Source of the DNA: Planctomycetota bacterium
GTDB lineage: Bacteria > Planctomycetota > Phycisphaerae > WQYP01
Length of the DNA stretch: 64,000 nt
NCBI GenBank assembly: GCA_021831565.1
Contig: JAKBMM010000001.1
Span: 80,321 to 144,320, forward strand
Reading direction: 5' to 3'
Of the stretch, positions 19,456 to 28,959 are shown in pieces (the stretch's first letter is position 1; every line of letters begins with the position of its first letter). The notes under the pieces are model-generated. The model was not told the origin of the DNA. It worked only from the letters and a program-made list of their open reading frames with translations, and made no database searches. The translations under genes and the position numbers were made by a program.

Positions 19456-20487
19456 CTACGACCCGGCTGGTTCGTGCGACTCGTTGGCCCGGGGATGGGC
19501 CTTTTCATAGGAATCCTGGAGTCGCTTGGTGGTCAAGTGCGTGTATATCTGGGTGGTGCTCAGGCTCTGGTGGCCGAGCAGTTCTTGGACCGCCCGCAGG
19601 TCCGCGCCATGGTTGAGCATGTGCGTGGCGAAGCTATGCCGCAGCGTATGAGGGCTGATATCCAGGTCCAGATGCGCCTCGATGAGGTATTTATCGAGTT
19701 TGCGGCGGACGGAACGGGTACTCAGTCGCTGGCCGTGCTTGTTGATGAACAAAGGCGCGCCGGTCGGGTCGCCGGAGTTCGCCGCGCCGCGCATCCGCAC
19801 GTATTTCTCAATCGCCGCCAGGGCGGTCGGACCTACCGGAGTCAGACGTTCCTTGCGGCCTTTTCCACGAACTTTGAGCACCGTCCCAACAAAATCCACA
19901 TCCTGTATATTCAAACCGACAAGCTCGCTCACGCGCAAACCACTGCTGTAAATTACTTCAAGCATGGCCTTGTCGCGGGCGCCGAGCAGATCGGTATCTT
20001 TGGGAGTCCCCAAAAGCTGGGTGACCTGATCTTCGGTCATGAACCGGGGCAGGCGTTTTTCCAGCTTGGGAGTCCGGATCGTCAGCATCGGGTTGTTGCC
20101 GGTCAAACCGCGTTTATTGAGAAACTTAAAGAAACTGCGAAGTGTGGCCAGCTTACGGGCAACCGTCGCCTTGGAATAATCATGCTCGCGCATGTGGCGG
20201 AGATAATTCCGCACGTCGTCGGCGTTCGAGTTCAACAGAAGCCGTTCGATATCTTCCGGCGGAGGTTCGGGAACGGCTGGAGTGTGATCATTGATGTTTG
20301 AAGTCGAAGGCGGTGTCACCGGATGGCCGCCGGGCAGCGTGAATGTATCGGGCACTCCCGCCAGGAATCGTCCGAACTGGCGTAAATCGGCGCTGTAGCA
20401 TTTGCTGGTGTAATTCGAGAAGTGCCGCTCAAATTGCAGATAATTCAGGAATTCCACAACGCGCTGGGGCAGAGTAACCGTATCCAT
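19456..20487 (-). CDS. Tyrosine site-specific recombinase, XerC/XerD family
   Basis: SAM-like core-binding N-domain (YLQFERHFSNYTSKCYSADLRQF). The catalytic C-terminal HTLRHSFATHMLNHGADLRAVQELLGHQSLSTTQIYTHL carries the R..HxxR..H..Y signature. The start is uncertain (20487 or 20589). A Pro-rich insertion lies between the two domains. Confidence 0.7.
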   Translation of the reverse strand: MDTVTLPQRVVEFLNYLQFERHFSNYTSKCYSADLRQFGRFLAGVPDTFTLPGGHPVTPPSTSNINDHTPAVPEPPPEDIERLLLNSNADDVRNYLRHMREHDYSKATVARKLATLRSFFKFLNKRGLTGNNPMLTIRTPKLEKRLPRFMTEDQVTQLLGTPKDTDLLGARDKAMLEVIYSSGLRVSELVGLNIQDVDFVGTVLKVRGKGRKERLTPVGPTALAAIEKYVRMRGAANSGDPTGAPLFINKHGQRLSTRSVRRKLDKYLIEAHLDLDISPHTLRHSFATHMLNHGADLRAVQELLGHQSLSTTQIYTHLTTKRLQDSYEKAHPRANESHEPAGS

Positions 20488-20884
20488 GAGCAATACGCCT
20501 CGTGACCGGATGCGCAAGCCCCCACCATCCTCGGCGCGGAGCCGCGGCCATACGGTCGGGTTTTCGACCAATTTACGAGCCACATCCATCTCGGCTCACT
20601 TACCCAGGTTCGCGGACGGGCGCCATGGTCAACGCGAGCGGGCGAACGGACGTCGATGCCTCCGCCCTTGCCTTCGATTGCTCGACTCGCACCGCCAAAC
20701 GCCCCCGACTAATTCAAACTATTTATCGGCTTTTTATCGTTTGAACCTGAAGTTGCGCAGATTCCCCACAACGACTTTACGTGAATATCGCGATCATCAT
20801 GAATTTTTGCGGCGCACACGGCGTCAAATATCGGACGCCCAGAGCGTATGCAAAAGATATTTTTCGGGGAAACCTAAAGAGAAA

Positions 20885-22438
20885 TCAGTTGTCGTATCCC
20901 TCGGCGCGCCGTGCGGCCCGATCCAGAAAAAACTGTTTGGCTTCGCCGATGAGATAGAACGATCCGGTTACCGCGACCAGATCTTCACGGGTGATGGCGC
21001 GCGCGGCTATTTCCATGGCCTCCCGGAAGTTCGCCGCCACCTGGGCCATTTTGCCAAATCGTTCCACGTAAACGGCGGAAAGCTCTTCCGGTGGAACACA
21101 TTTGGGATTGTTATGCGCTCGGGTAAAAATAACCTTGTCCGCTCCGAGCGACACCTGTTCGAGTATTCCGTCGATGTCCTTGTCGCTGTTGCAGCCGAAG
21201 ATAACCACCATGCTGTCATACGGAATGTACTGGCTGATACCCCGAAACAACGCCTGGATGGAGGCGGCGTTGTGGGCGCCGTCGATGATCACACGCGGAT
21301 CGCGCCACACCAGTTCAAGCCGCCCGGACAAATCCACGCGCTGCAGGCCGGCGACGGCCTGGGCGTCATCGAAGCGCAATCCCCGGGTCTTGAGTTTATC
21401 GAGCATGGCCAGCGCCAAACCGCAGTTGATCGCCTGATGTTCGCCGATCAGTGGAACCATCAAATGTTCAAACCGCGACCGCGCCGTGGCCAGCGATACG
21501 CGCACGTGCGGTCCCTGCGCACGGGTGACTTCAAAGCGATGGCTGAATTCAATGTCCCGACCGACAAACTCCAGCGGTGCGTGCACCCGCCGCGCCGCTG
21601 TTTCCAGAACGGCCTGAACCTCCGGCGGTTGAAGGCAGGAGAGCGCCGGCACATTTTGCTTGAAGATGCCGGCCTTTTCCGCGGCAATTTTCGCCAGGGT
21701 ATTGCCCAAAACCGACGCATGATCCATGCTGATGCTGGTGATGGCGGTGACTTCCGGCATAATGACATTGGTTGAATCCAGCCGGCCACCCAGGCCGGTT
21801 TCAATTACAGCGATGTCCGCACGCTGCTGGGCAAAGTAACAAAATCCGATGGCGGTGAATATTTCAAAGAAAGTCGGATGATCATATCGCATTTTGGCCA
21901 GAGCGGCTTCGACCCGCCGTACCAGGCGAATCACGTCGCCCTGTGAAATCATCTGGCCGTTGATCCGAATACGCTCGCGAATATCAATCAGATGGGGACT
22001 GGTATACAGCCCCACTTTGAATCCGGCGCTTTGGAGCATGCTGGCAAGCATGTGGCAGGTGCTGCCTTTGCCCTTGGTCCCGGCCACGTGCGCGGTCTTG
22101 AACTGCAGGTGCGGATCACCCAACAACTTGAGCAGCCGGCGCATCCGGTCCAAGTCAAACGTGGTGGTGTTGTAGCGGACGATGCGCATCCGCTCATAAT
22201 CTGTTTGTTGACGAAGAAATTCCAGGGCCTGTTGATACGCGCGATTCTCCCGTCTTGACCGCTCCGCCGCCTGGTGTTGACCCCGGTGTTCTGGAACTGG
22301 TTGGCGATGGCCGTTGGCGCCGGCGCGTCTGGTTTTTTTCAATTTAAGATGACGTTTTTTTTCAACGGCATGGCGATCGGCGGTTCGCCCATCTTTGCCG
22401 CGGAGTTTGGTTTTTTTGGATTTTCCGGATACAACCAT
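20885..22438 (-). CDS. folC: Bifunctional folylpolyglutamate synthase / dihydrofolate synthase (Mur ligase family)
   Basis: P-loop AHVAGTKGKGST, Mur-ligase middle and C domains, collinear with E. coli FolC. There is no internal ATG before the conserved core, so the ORF implies a K/R-rich N-terminal extension of about 55 aa. Confidence 0.8.
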   Translation of the reverse strand: MVVSGKSKKTKLRGKDGRTADRHAVEKKRHLKLKKTRRAGANGHRQPVPEHRGQHQAAERSRRENRAYQQALEFLRQQTDYERMRIVRYNTTTFDLDRMRRLLKLLGDPHLQFKTAHVAGTKGKGSTCHMLASMLQSAGFKVGLYTSPHLIDIRERIRINGQMISQGDVIRLVRRVEAALAKMRYDHPTFFEIFTAIGFCYFAQQRADIAVIETGLGGRLDSTNVIMPEVTAITSISMDHASVLGNTLAKIAAEKAGIFKQNVPALSCLQPPEVQAVLETAARRVHAPLEFVGRDIEFSHRFEVTRAQGPHVRVSLATARSRFEHLMVPLIGEHQAINCGLALAMLDKLKTRGLRFDDAQAVAGLQRVDLSGRLELVWRDPRVIIDGAHNAASIQALFRGISQYIPYDSMVVIFGCNSDKDIDGILEQVSLGADKVIFTRAHNNPKCVPPEELSAVYVERFGKMAQVAANFREAMEIAARAITREDLVAVTGSFYLIGEAKQFFLDRAARRAEGYDN

Positions 22439-22600
22439 AGACTATTTATACTAACATTTTCTCAAACAATCTGCAAATGACCTGCGCGCCGGTTGTGGCG
22501 TTTCAAAAGAAATGTCAGGGGTTAACGTTTCAATAGAATTGTCTGTAGCGCCGGCTTGTTGATGGTTGCGGCGAATCTTATGATGGCGGGTCAGGAAAGT

Positions 22601-22662
22601 ACCTAGGATTGCGGTTTAGAACCTATCTCGAAAGATAGCCGGAGCCGCAATCTCTTTTGTTA
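22601..22662. promoter_or_regulatory. Nested inverted repeats in the folC/dxr divergent intergenic region
   Basis: GGATTGCGG...CCGCAATC(t)C outer arms. Inner perfect hairpin ATCTcgaaAGAT. A second pair TAGAACCTAT...ATAGGTTCT ends 10 nt before the dxr start. Confidence 0.35.
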
Positions 22663-22671
22663 TAGGTTCTT

Positions 22672-23874
22672 ATGAGCACCCCCGGTTCCGGTGAACCCCA
22701 GGCAAGAAAAAGCAAAGAACCTCGCCGCATGGCACTGCTCGGCAGCACGGGTTCCATTGGCGTTGGCACGTTGGAGGTGATCCGGCACCTGGACGGCGAG
22801 TTTGAAATTACCGCCTTGGCCGCCTCCCAAAACTGGCGAAAACTCGCTCAGCAGGCGCTGGAATATCGACCCCGTGTGGTGGTGCTCAGCCAGCCGGCAA
22901 GCAAACACGATGCGGCCGCGCTCGAACACGCCTTGCGCGGCCGGCGTATTGAGGTTCGCACCGGGCCGGCGGCGATGGAAGAAGTAGCCGCGCGTGATGA
23001 TGTGGATATTGTGGCGGTGGCGGTAGTGGGCGCGGCCGGACTCAAACCGGCGCTGGCGGCGGCGCGTGCGGGTAAATGGATCGCCTTGTCCAACAAGGAA
23101 TCGCTGGTGGTGGCCGGCGGGGTGGTCATGCCGTTGGCGCGCCGGTATGGCGCCAAGATTTTGCCGGTGGATTCCGAGCATTCCGCCATTTTTCAGGCCT
23201 TACGCTGCGGCCGGCAAAAGGAAATCCGGCGGATTATCCTTACGGCCAGCGGCGGCCCTTTTCGCACCTGGCCGCGGGAAAGAATGAATCGAGCCACCGT
23301 CGCGGAGGCTCTGGACCATCCGAACTGGCGAATGGGTCCGAAAATCACCGTTGATTCGGCCACACTAATGAATAAAGCGCTGGAAATTATTGAGGCGCAC
23401 TGGCTTTTCGATCTGCCAGCCGAACGAATTGACGTGCTTATCCATCCCCAGTCCATTATTCACAGCATGATCGAATTCGTGGATGCCAGCATCATCGCCC
23501 AGCTTGGCGCACCGGACATGCGCACGGCGATTCAATATGCGTTGACCCATCCGCACCGCAGCCAAAGCTGCAGCCGACGGGTGGATTGGTCGAAGATACA
23601 GGAAATGACCTTCGAGGAACCGAAAGACCATTTTCCCGCTCTGGCTCTGGGTTACGAGGTGGTTCGCCGCGGTGGAACCAGTGGCGCCGTGCTCAACGCG
23701 GCCAACGAAACGGCCAATGCCCTGTTTCGGGAAGGTAAAATACCGTTCGGGCGGATTGTTCGGCAAGCCGCGCGAGTGTTGGAAAAGCATCTCCAGAGCG
23801 GTTTTATCGCCCAGCCGACGCTTGCCGATCTGCTGGCGGCTGATGCCTGGGCGCGGCGTGAGGCGATGCCATGA
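22672..23874 (+). CDS. dxr: 1-deoxy-D-xylulose 5-phosphate reductoisomerase
   Basis: MALLGSTGSIGVGTLEV NADPH-binding N-terminus and the conserved LANKESLV / SEHSAIFQ motifs. An alternative start exists at Met-20 (22729). Confidence 0.9.
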   Translation: MSTPGSGEPQARKSKEPRRMALLGSTGSIGVGTLEVIRHLDGEFEITALAASQNWRKLAQQALEYRPRVVVLSQPASKHDAAALEHALRGRRIEVRTGPAAMEEVAARDDVDIVAVAVVGAAGLKPALAAARAGKWIALSNKESLVVAGGVVMPLARRYGAKILPVDSEHSAIFQALRCGRQKEIRRIILTASGGPFRTWPRERMNRATVAEALDHPNWRMGPKITVDSATLMNKALEIIEAHWLFDLPAERIDVLIHPQSIIHSMIEFVDASIIAQLGAPDMRTAIQYALTHPHRSQSCSRRVDWSKIQEMTFEEPKDHFPALALGYEVVRRGGTSGAVLNAANETANALFREGKIPFGRIVRQAARVLEKHLQSGFIAQPTLADLLAADAWARREAMP

Positions 23875-25997
23875 AAACAGGTGGTGATATGCATACGGCG
23901 GCACAGCTCAGACGTCATCTGACAATGGGCCGGACAATTCTACTGACAATGGGACTGCCCCTGTTTGTGGGCGCTTCTCTTCTGGGGGTGATGGACAGCG
24001 TGCGTAAATCTCTGCTGCTGCTGGTGGGATTCGGTTCGGTGATTTTTTTCCATGAACTGGGGCATTTTCTGGCCGCTAAATCGTTCGGTATCCGTTGCGA
24101 TGTGTTTTCCCTGGGGATTGGACCGCGGCTCTGCGGCTGGAGAAGGGGCGTGGGGTTTGCCTTTGGGGCTGTGCCGATTGGACCACGCAACGAAAGTGAA
24201 CAAGAAAGTGAACAAGAAAAAATTCCGGCGACCGGAGGGAAGAAAAAAATCGGGGAAACAGACTATCGGCTGGCCTGGCTGCCGTTTGGCGGCTATGTGC
24301 GAATGCTCGGCCAGGATGACCTGGATCCGAGCAAGGCCAGCGCCGATCCGGCGTCGTTTGGGAAAAAGCCGATCTGGCAGCGGATGGTGGTGATTTCCGC
24401 CGGTGTGGTTATGAATTTGATTTTTGCCGTGATTCTTTTCGCGGCGATTTTCCGCATGGGTGTGAAGTTCCCGCCGGCGGTGGTCGGATCAGTAGCCTAT
24501 AACAGCCCCGCGCAAAAGGCCGGCCTGCACGCCGGCGACCGTATTATTTCCATCGATCACCACAAACCACGCGGATTTCTGGAATTCACGGACTTGGGTG
24601 TCGCCGCGGCGCTGGACAGCCCCGGCCGGCCGGTACGTTTGCAATACGTCCGTCCAGGAAGCGCCCGGACGCACAGCGTTCGACTGATTCCAGTGAATAA
24701 TCCCGATACCGGCCTGCTGGCGTTCGGTATCAGCGAGGCGCCCCGGTTGAAAATTCCCCAATTCACTCCCGCGGGTTTGAAAACTTTCGTCAGGGAAAAC
24801 CCCGAATTCAAAGGGCTTGTTCCCGGTGCGAAAATTGTTTCGGTCAACGGAGTAAAAATTCGCAGTTGGGCCGGCCTTCATCAGATGATTGAGCGCTCCG
24901 GTGGCAAGTCGTTGCGGGTCAAGCTGGTGCGGCCGGTCCCACCGGTGCGGACAGCGACACTGGTTCTCCCGGCGCACCTGACCTTGCGCGACTGGGTTAA
25001 TCAAACACCGGACATCCTGGGGATGCATCCCCTGACGAAAATCGCCGAGGTTCTTCCCGGAGGCGCGGCGGCCGCGGCGGGCGTCAAAAAAAATGATCTG
25101 GTTGTGCGGTTGGGAACTCTGGCCTACCCGACCATTCACCAGTTCATAAAACTGATAGAATCGAGCGCCGGCAAGCCGCTGGCCATGATTGTTCTTCGCG
25201 GCGGCAAACAAACAAAGTTATTCGTTAAACCGAAAATATCCTCCTGGTCCATTTTTTCAACGCCCCCTCGAATCGGTGTCGCCTTGACGCCCTGTTTTGA
25301 CCGGGCAATCGTCGGCCAAGTAAATAAACGGGCGCTCCAGGCCGGCGTCAAACCCGGCCAGATGCTGGTGGGAATTGCCCTGGGGTCGCACGCGACCAAA
25401 GTATTGCCCATTGGCAGTTGGGGCCAACTGGTTAATGATCTGGGAGGATACGACGGAAAGACGGTGGTTTTACATTTCGCAAACCGGGGCGCTCCAGTGA
25501 CTACCGCGTTTACCTCCGCCGAGAAACTGGGCTTGCGCCAATTCCAGTATCAAATCGGATTGCCGCTGGAACCGCTGCTGGAACTCCAGCGAAGCCGCTC
25601 CCTGGTGGGAGCGGCGATCATGGGAATCGATCACACCTGGCGGTGGATTGTCCGTACGTACCTGACACTGCGGGGACTGGGCGTGGGAACCATTTCACCG
25701 CATCAACTTCACAGCGTCATTGGAATCGCCAAGGTGGGATATGAATTTGAGAGCCGGGGTTTTACCTATCTCTTGTATTTTCTGGGACTTATTTCAGTTA
25801 ATCTGGCGGTCATCAATTTTCTGCCGTTGCCGATTCTGGACGGCGGATTGTTTGTTCTTCTGATTGTCGAAAAGTTCCGCGGAAAACCGCTTTCGGTACG
25901 CGTGCAGACGGCGATTCAGGTGGCGGGAATCGCCTTGATTGGCGCTTTATTTTTGTATATCACCATTTTCAACGATCTGCCGACACTTTTTAAATAA
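23871..25997 (+). CDS. rseP: Regulated intramembrane zinc metalloprotease (site-2 protease, M50) with PDZ domains
   Basis: HELGHFLAAKSFGI HExxH motif in TM1, multiple PDZ-like segments, and the C-terminal LDGG motif (NFLPLPILDGGLFV). ATGA overlap with dxr, which matches the conserved dxr-rseP synteny. Confidence 0.85.
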   Translation: MKTGGDMHTAAQLRRHLTMGRTILLTMGLPLFVGASLLGVMDSVRKSLLLLVGFGSVIFFHELGHFLAAKSFGIRCDVFSLGIGPRLCGWRRGVGFAFGAVPIGPRNESEQESEQEKIPATGGKKKIGETDYRLAWLPFGGYVRMLGQDDLDPSKASADPASFGKKPIWQRMVVISAGVVMNLIFAVILFAAIFRMGVKFPPAVVGSVAYNSPAQKAGLHAGDRIISIDHHKPRGFLEFTDLGVAAALDSPGRPVRLQYVRPGSARTHSVRLIPVNNPDTGLLAFGISEAPRLKIPQFTPAGLKTFVRENPEFKGLVPGAKIVSVNGVKIRSWAGLHQMIERSGGKSLRVKLVRPVPPVRTATLVLPAHLTLRDWVNQTPDILGMHPLTKIAEVLPGGAAAAAGVKKNDLVVRLGTLAYPTIHQFIKLIESSAGKPLAMIVLRGGKQTKLFVKPKISSWSIFSTPPRIGVALTPCFDRAIVGQVNKRALQAGVKPGQMLVGIALGSHATKVLPIGSWGQLVNDLGGYDGKTVVLHFANRGAPVTTAFTSAEKLGLRQFQYQIGLPLEPLLELQRSRSLVGAAIMGIDHTWRWIVRTYLTLRGLGVGTISPHQLHSVIGIAKVGYEFESRGFTYLLYFLGLISVNLAVINFLPLPILDGGLFVLLIVEKFRGKPLSVRVQTAIQVAGIALIGALFLYITIFNDLPTLFK

Positions 25998-26294
25998 GCC
26001 TCTCCCTCCATCCTGCCTCCGACGGCGCGTGGATAAGAGTGTCGCTTACGTTCTTACGTTCTTACGTTACACCGACGCATGGTTGCTTCGCCGGAGGTTA
26101 CGGAAGAGTTAAATCCGCGGACGCGTGTCGCAAGGCGACGCCGCAAAACCGAATGTGAATAGCATGCGAATATACGCGGCACAAGGGGCGGATAAGAACC
26201 GCCTATGAACCCATGCCGCTCCGGATAATTCTGGGGTACATAGTCCCCTACTGATTCTCCGTGTCCTCGCGCCATACCCGCTCTCTTGATATTT

Positions 26295-27374
26295 TTACTC
26301 CCAGTAATAGTTTCCATCATAATAATTACAATGCAAATTAGACGGGCCTTTCCACTCCACCGATCCGTCGTTATACAGAATATTCGCCCCCCGCGCGCCA
26401 CCCTGGCCCATGTGGTTGGATATGGGATAAGGTCCTGGCGAAAAAGAGGGGCCAAATCCCCAGTATGGCTTCGTCGCATTAGTAATCGTAAGATCGCTGC
26501 CCAAAATAGAATCAACCGAGCGATGGATATTGTTCTCCGATGTGAACGGATGCTGCGGATCAGGAAGATAGGTGCTTGCCGTCAGGCCCGTCCAGGGATT
26601 GGTTACATTTATGGTTGTGGATCCCGGAACCGCTCCTGTTCCTGACGGATTGGAAAACGAGCTCTGGGAAAATCCAAACCAGTAATTGTAGCTGAAGAAG
26701 ATGGCCTGTAGAAAAGCCGAACCATGCGCCGAAGTAAGGGTAGCTTGCCAAGCCGTAGGCTGTTCAAACCCATTGGCCACCCAGGTGTTGGGGTGAGTTA
26801 GATATGGCATCGGAATCCACGACATGGGAAAGGTTCGAGCTTCTTGCCCACCAGCATTGATTGGGCCGCCAACCAGACTGGTATTCCCATCAAGCGTGAA
26901 ATAACTCGACTGCGGGCAGAAAAAGACCGCCGGATTCTTGATGATGCCGGTGGTATACAACATGCCAAAACCAAATGGATAACCACCATAGTTATTCATC
27001 CCGCCACCGCCGCCGCTGCCGCTGGAGTTCATATTGCCGAACGGACCAAGGGCCTCGTGTATATATCCCCCCCCGTGATCCGCCGGAGTCCATCCCGCCG
27101 GATAAGGATAGTTTTTGTATGAAGCGTCATACTCGGCCACCCCCTGCCCGAGCGACTTCAAATTCGAAGAGCAGATCACCTGGTATGCCAGGTTTTTAGC
27201 CTTGGCCAGCGCGGGCAGCAACAGCGAGATCAGAATGGCGATGATCGAAATGACCACCAGCAGTTCAATGAGCGTGAATCCCGAGAGCCAGCGGGATCGG
27301 TTTTGGGGCTGGCGTCCGCGCCGGTCAATCGTATTGCCAGCGGATTCCTGCGTGTTGGTTGTGCGCGGCAGCAT
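26295..27374 (-). CDS. Prepilin-type N-terminal cleavage/methylation domain protein, DUF1559 (H-X9-DG) family, copy A
   Basis: [29 protein letters not shown] class-III signal / pseudopilin helix. C-terminal [21 protein letters not shown]9-DG motif. Strong AAGGAG Shine-Dalgarno. Gly-rich central insert. Confidence 0.8.
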   Translation of the reverse strand: MLPRTTNTQESAGNTIDRRGRQPQNRSRWLSGFTLIELLVVISIIAILISLLLPALAKAKNLAYQVICSSNLKSLGQGVAEYDASYKNYPYPAGWTPADHGGGYIHEALGPFGNMNSSGSGGGGGMNNYGGYPFGFGMLYTTGIIKNPAVFFCPQSSYFTLDGNTSLVGGPINAGGQEARTFPMSWIPMPYLTHPNTWVANGFEQPTAWQATLTSAHGSAFLQAIFFSYNYWFGFSQSSFSNPSGTGAVPGSTTINVTNPWTGLTASTYLPDPQHPFTSENNIHRSVDSILGSDLTITNATKPYWGFGPSFSPGPYPISNHMGQGGARGANILYNDGSVEWKGPSNLHCNYYDGNYYWE

Positions 27375-28768
27375 GATAAGAACTCCTTCTTTACACTACT
27401 ATTGTCACAATATATCACCCTTTCTTACTGGGCGTCAAGTCAATTGCGGATTTTTTTTCTCACGAAATGGTACGGCTCGTCCGATATCCCCGACTTCTCG
27501 CCGTTCCGAGACAAATACCTAAACTCTTGCGCTCGTGAAGTTGTTACTCCCAGTAGTAGTTTCCATCATAATAATTACAATGCAAATTAGACGGGCCTTT
27601 CCACTCCACCGAGCCGTCGTTATATAGAATATTCGCCCCCCGCGCGCCACCTTGGCCCATATGGTTGGATATGGGATATGGTCCCGGCGTACCCAAACCA
27701 GCGCCGAATCCCCAGTACGGCTTTGTCGCATTAGTGATTGTAAGGTCGCTGCCCAAAATAGAATCAACCGAGCGATGAATATTGTTCTCCGATGTGAACG
27801 GATGCTGCGGATCCGGAAGATAGGTGCTTGTCGTCAGGCCCGTCCAAGGATTGGTTACATTTATGGTTGTGGATCCCGGAACCGCTCCTGTTCCTGACGG
27901 ATTGGAAAACGAGCTCTGTGAAAACCCAAACCAATAATTGTAGCTGAAATAGATAGCCTGTAAAAACGACGAACCATGCGCCGAAGTAAGGGTAGCTTGC
28001 CAGGCCGTAGGTTGTTCAAACCCATTGGCCACCCAGGTGTTGGGGTGGGTTAGATACGGCATCGGAATCCATGACATGGGAAAGGTTCGAGCTTCTTGCC
28101 CACCAGCATTGATTGGGCCGCCAACCAGACTGGTATTCCCATCAAGCGTGAAATAACTCGACTGCGGACAAAAAAAGACCGCCGGATTCTTGATGATGCC
28201 GGTGCTGTACAGCATGAAAAAACCAAATCCATAACCACCATAGGCATTCATCCCGCCACCGCCACCAGTCCCGCTCGAGTCCATACTGCCGAACGGAGCA
28301 CAGGCCTCGTGTATATACCCTCCCCCGTGATCCGCCGGACACCATCCCCCCGGGTAAGGATAGTTTTTGTATGAAGCGTTATACTCGGCCACCCCCTGCC
28401 CGAGCGACTTCAAATTCGAAGAGCAGATCACCTGGTATGCCAGATTTTTCGCCTTGGCCAGCGCGGGCAGCAACAGCGAGATCAGAATGGCGATGATCGA
28501 AATGACCACCAGCAGTTCAATGAGCGTGAATCCCGAGAGCCAACGGGATCGTTTATGGTACCTACTTCCCCGCCGGTCAATCGTATTGTTGGCGGATTCC
28601 TGCATGTTGGTTGTGCGCGTCAGCATGATAAGAACTCCTTCTCTTTACTACTATTGCCACAATGTATCACCCTTTCTTACTGGGCGTCAAGTCAATTGCG
28701 GATTTTTTTCCTCACGAATATGGTACGGCTCGTCCGATATCCCCGACTTCTCGCCGTTGCGGGAGACA
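26296..28768. repeat. Tandem direct duplication (two units of about 1.22 kb) comprising the DUF1559 gene plus its 5' UTR and promoter
   Basis: Unit 1 is about 26296-27515 and unit 2 about 27543-28768. Near-identical nucleotide stretches were visible by eye, including TACTCCCAGTA(A/G)TAGTTTCCATCATAATAATTACAATGCAAATTAGACGGGCC and the upstream TTCTTACTGGGCGTCAAGTCAATTGCGGATTTTTTT. Confidence 0.8.
27544..28626 (-). CDS. Prepilin-type N-terminal cleavage/methylation domain protein, DUF1559 (H-X9-DG) family, copy B
   Basis: About 90% identical to copy A over the whole length, with the same N-terminal pseudopilin helix and H-X9-DG C-terminus. Confidence 0.8.
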   Translation of the reverse strand: MLTRTTNMQESANNTIDRRGSRYHKRSRWLSGFTLIELLVVISIIAILISLLLPALAKAKNLAYQVICSSNLKSLGQGVAEYNASYKNYPYPGGWCPADHGGGYIHEACAPFGSMDSSGTGGGGGMNAYGGYGFGFFMLYSTGIIKNPAVFFCPQSSYFTLDGNTSLVGGPINAGGQEARTFPMSWIPMPYLTHPNTWVANGFEQPTAWQATLTSAHGSSFLQAIYFSYNYWFGFSQSSFSNPSGTGAVPGSTTINVTNPWTGLTTSTYLPDPQHPFTSENNIHRSVDSILGSDLTITNATKPYWGFGAGLGTPGPYPISNHMGQGGARGANILYNDGSVEWKGPSNLHCNYYDGNYYWE

Positions 28769-28959
28769 AAATCATGGCGCCCTTGTAATTTATGAAAAAG
28801 GTGTTAAGTTTTTCTTTCAAGAGGTACCGGGCGGAACGTTCCGCGGAACGGGGAGTATCCGAAGGCGCGGCGATTCAGCCGGATTTTGTGGTTATTTTTA
28901 CGACCGTCGCGGACGGAAAAGGGGGTATCATGATCCTTCCATACAATTGGAAAGAAAAA

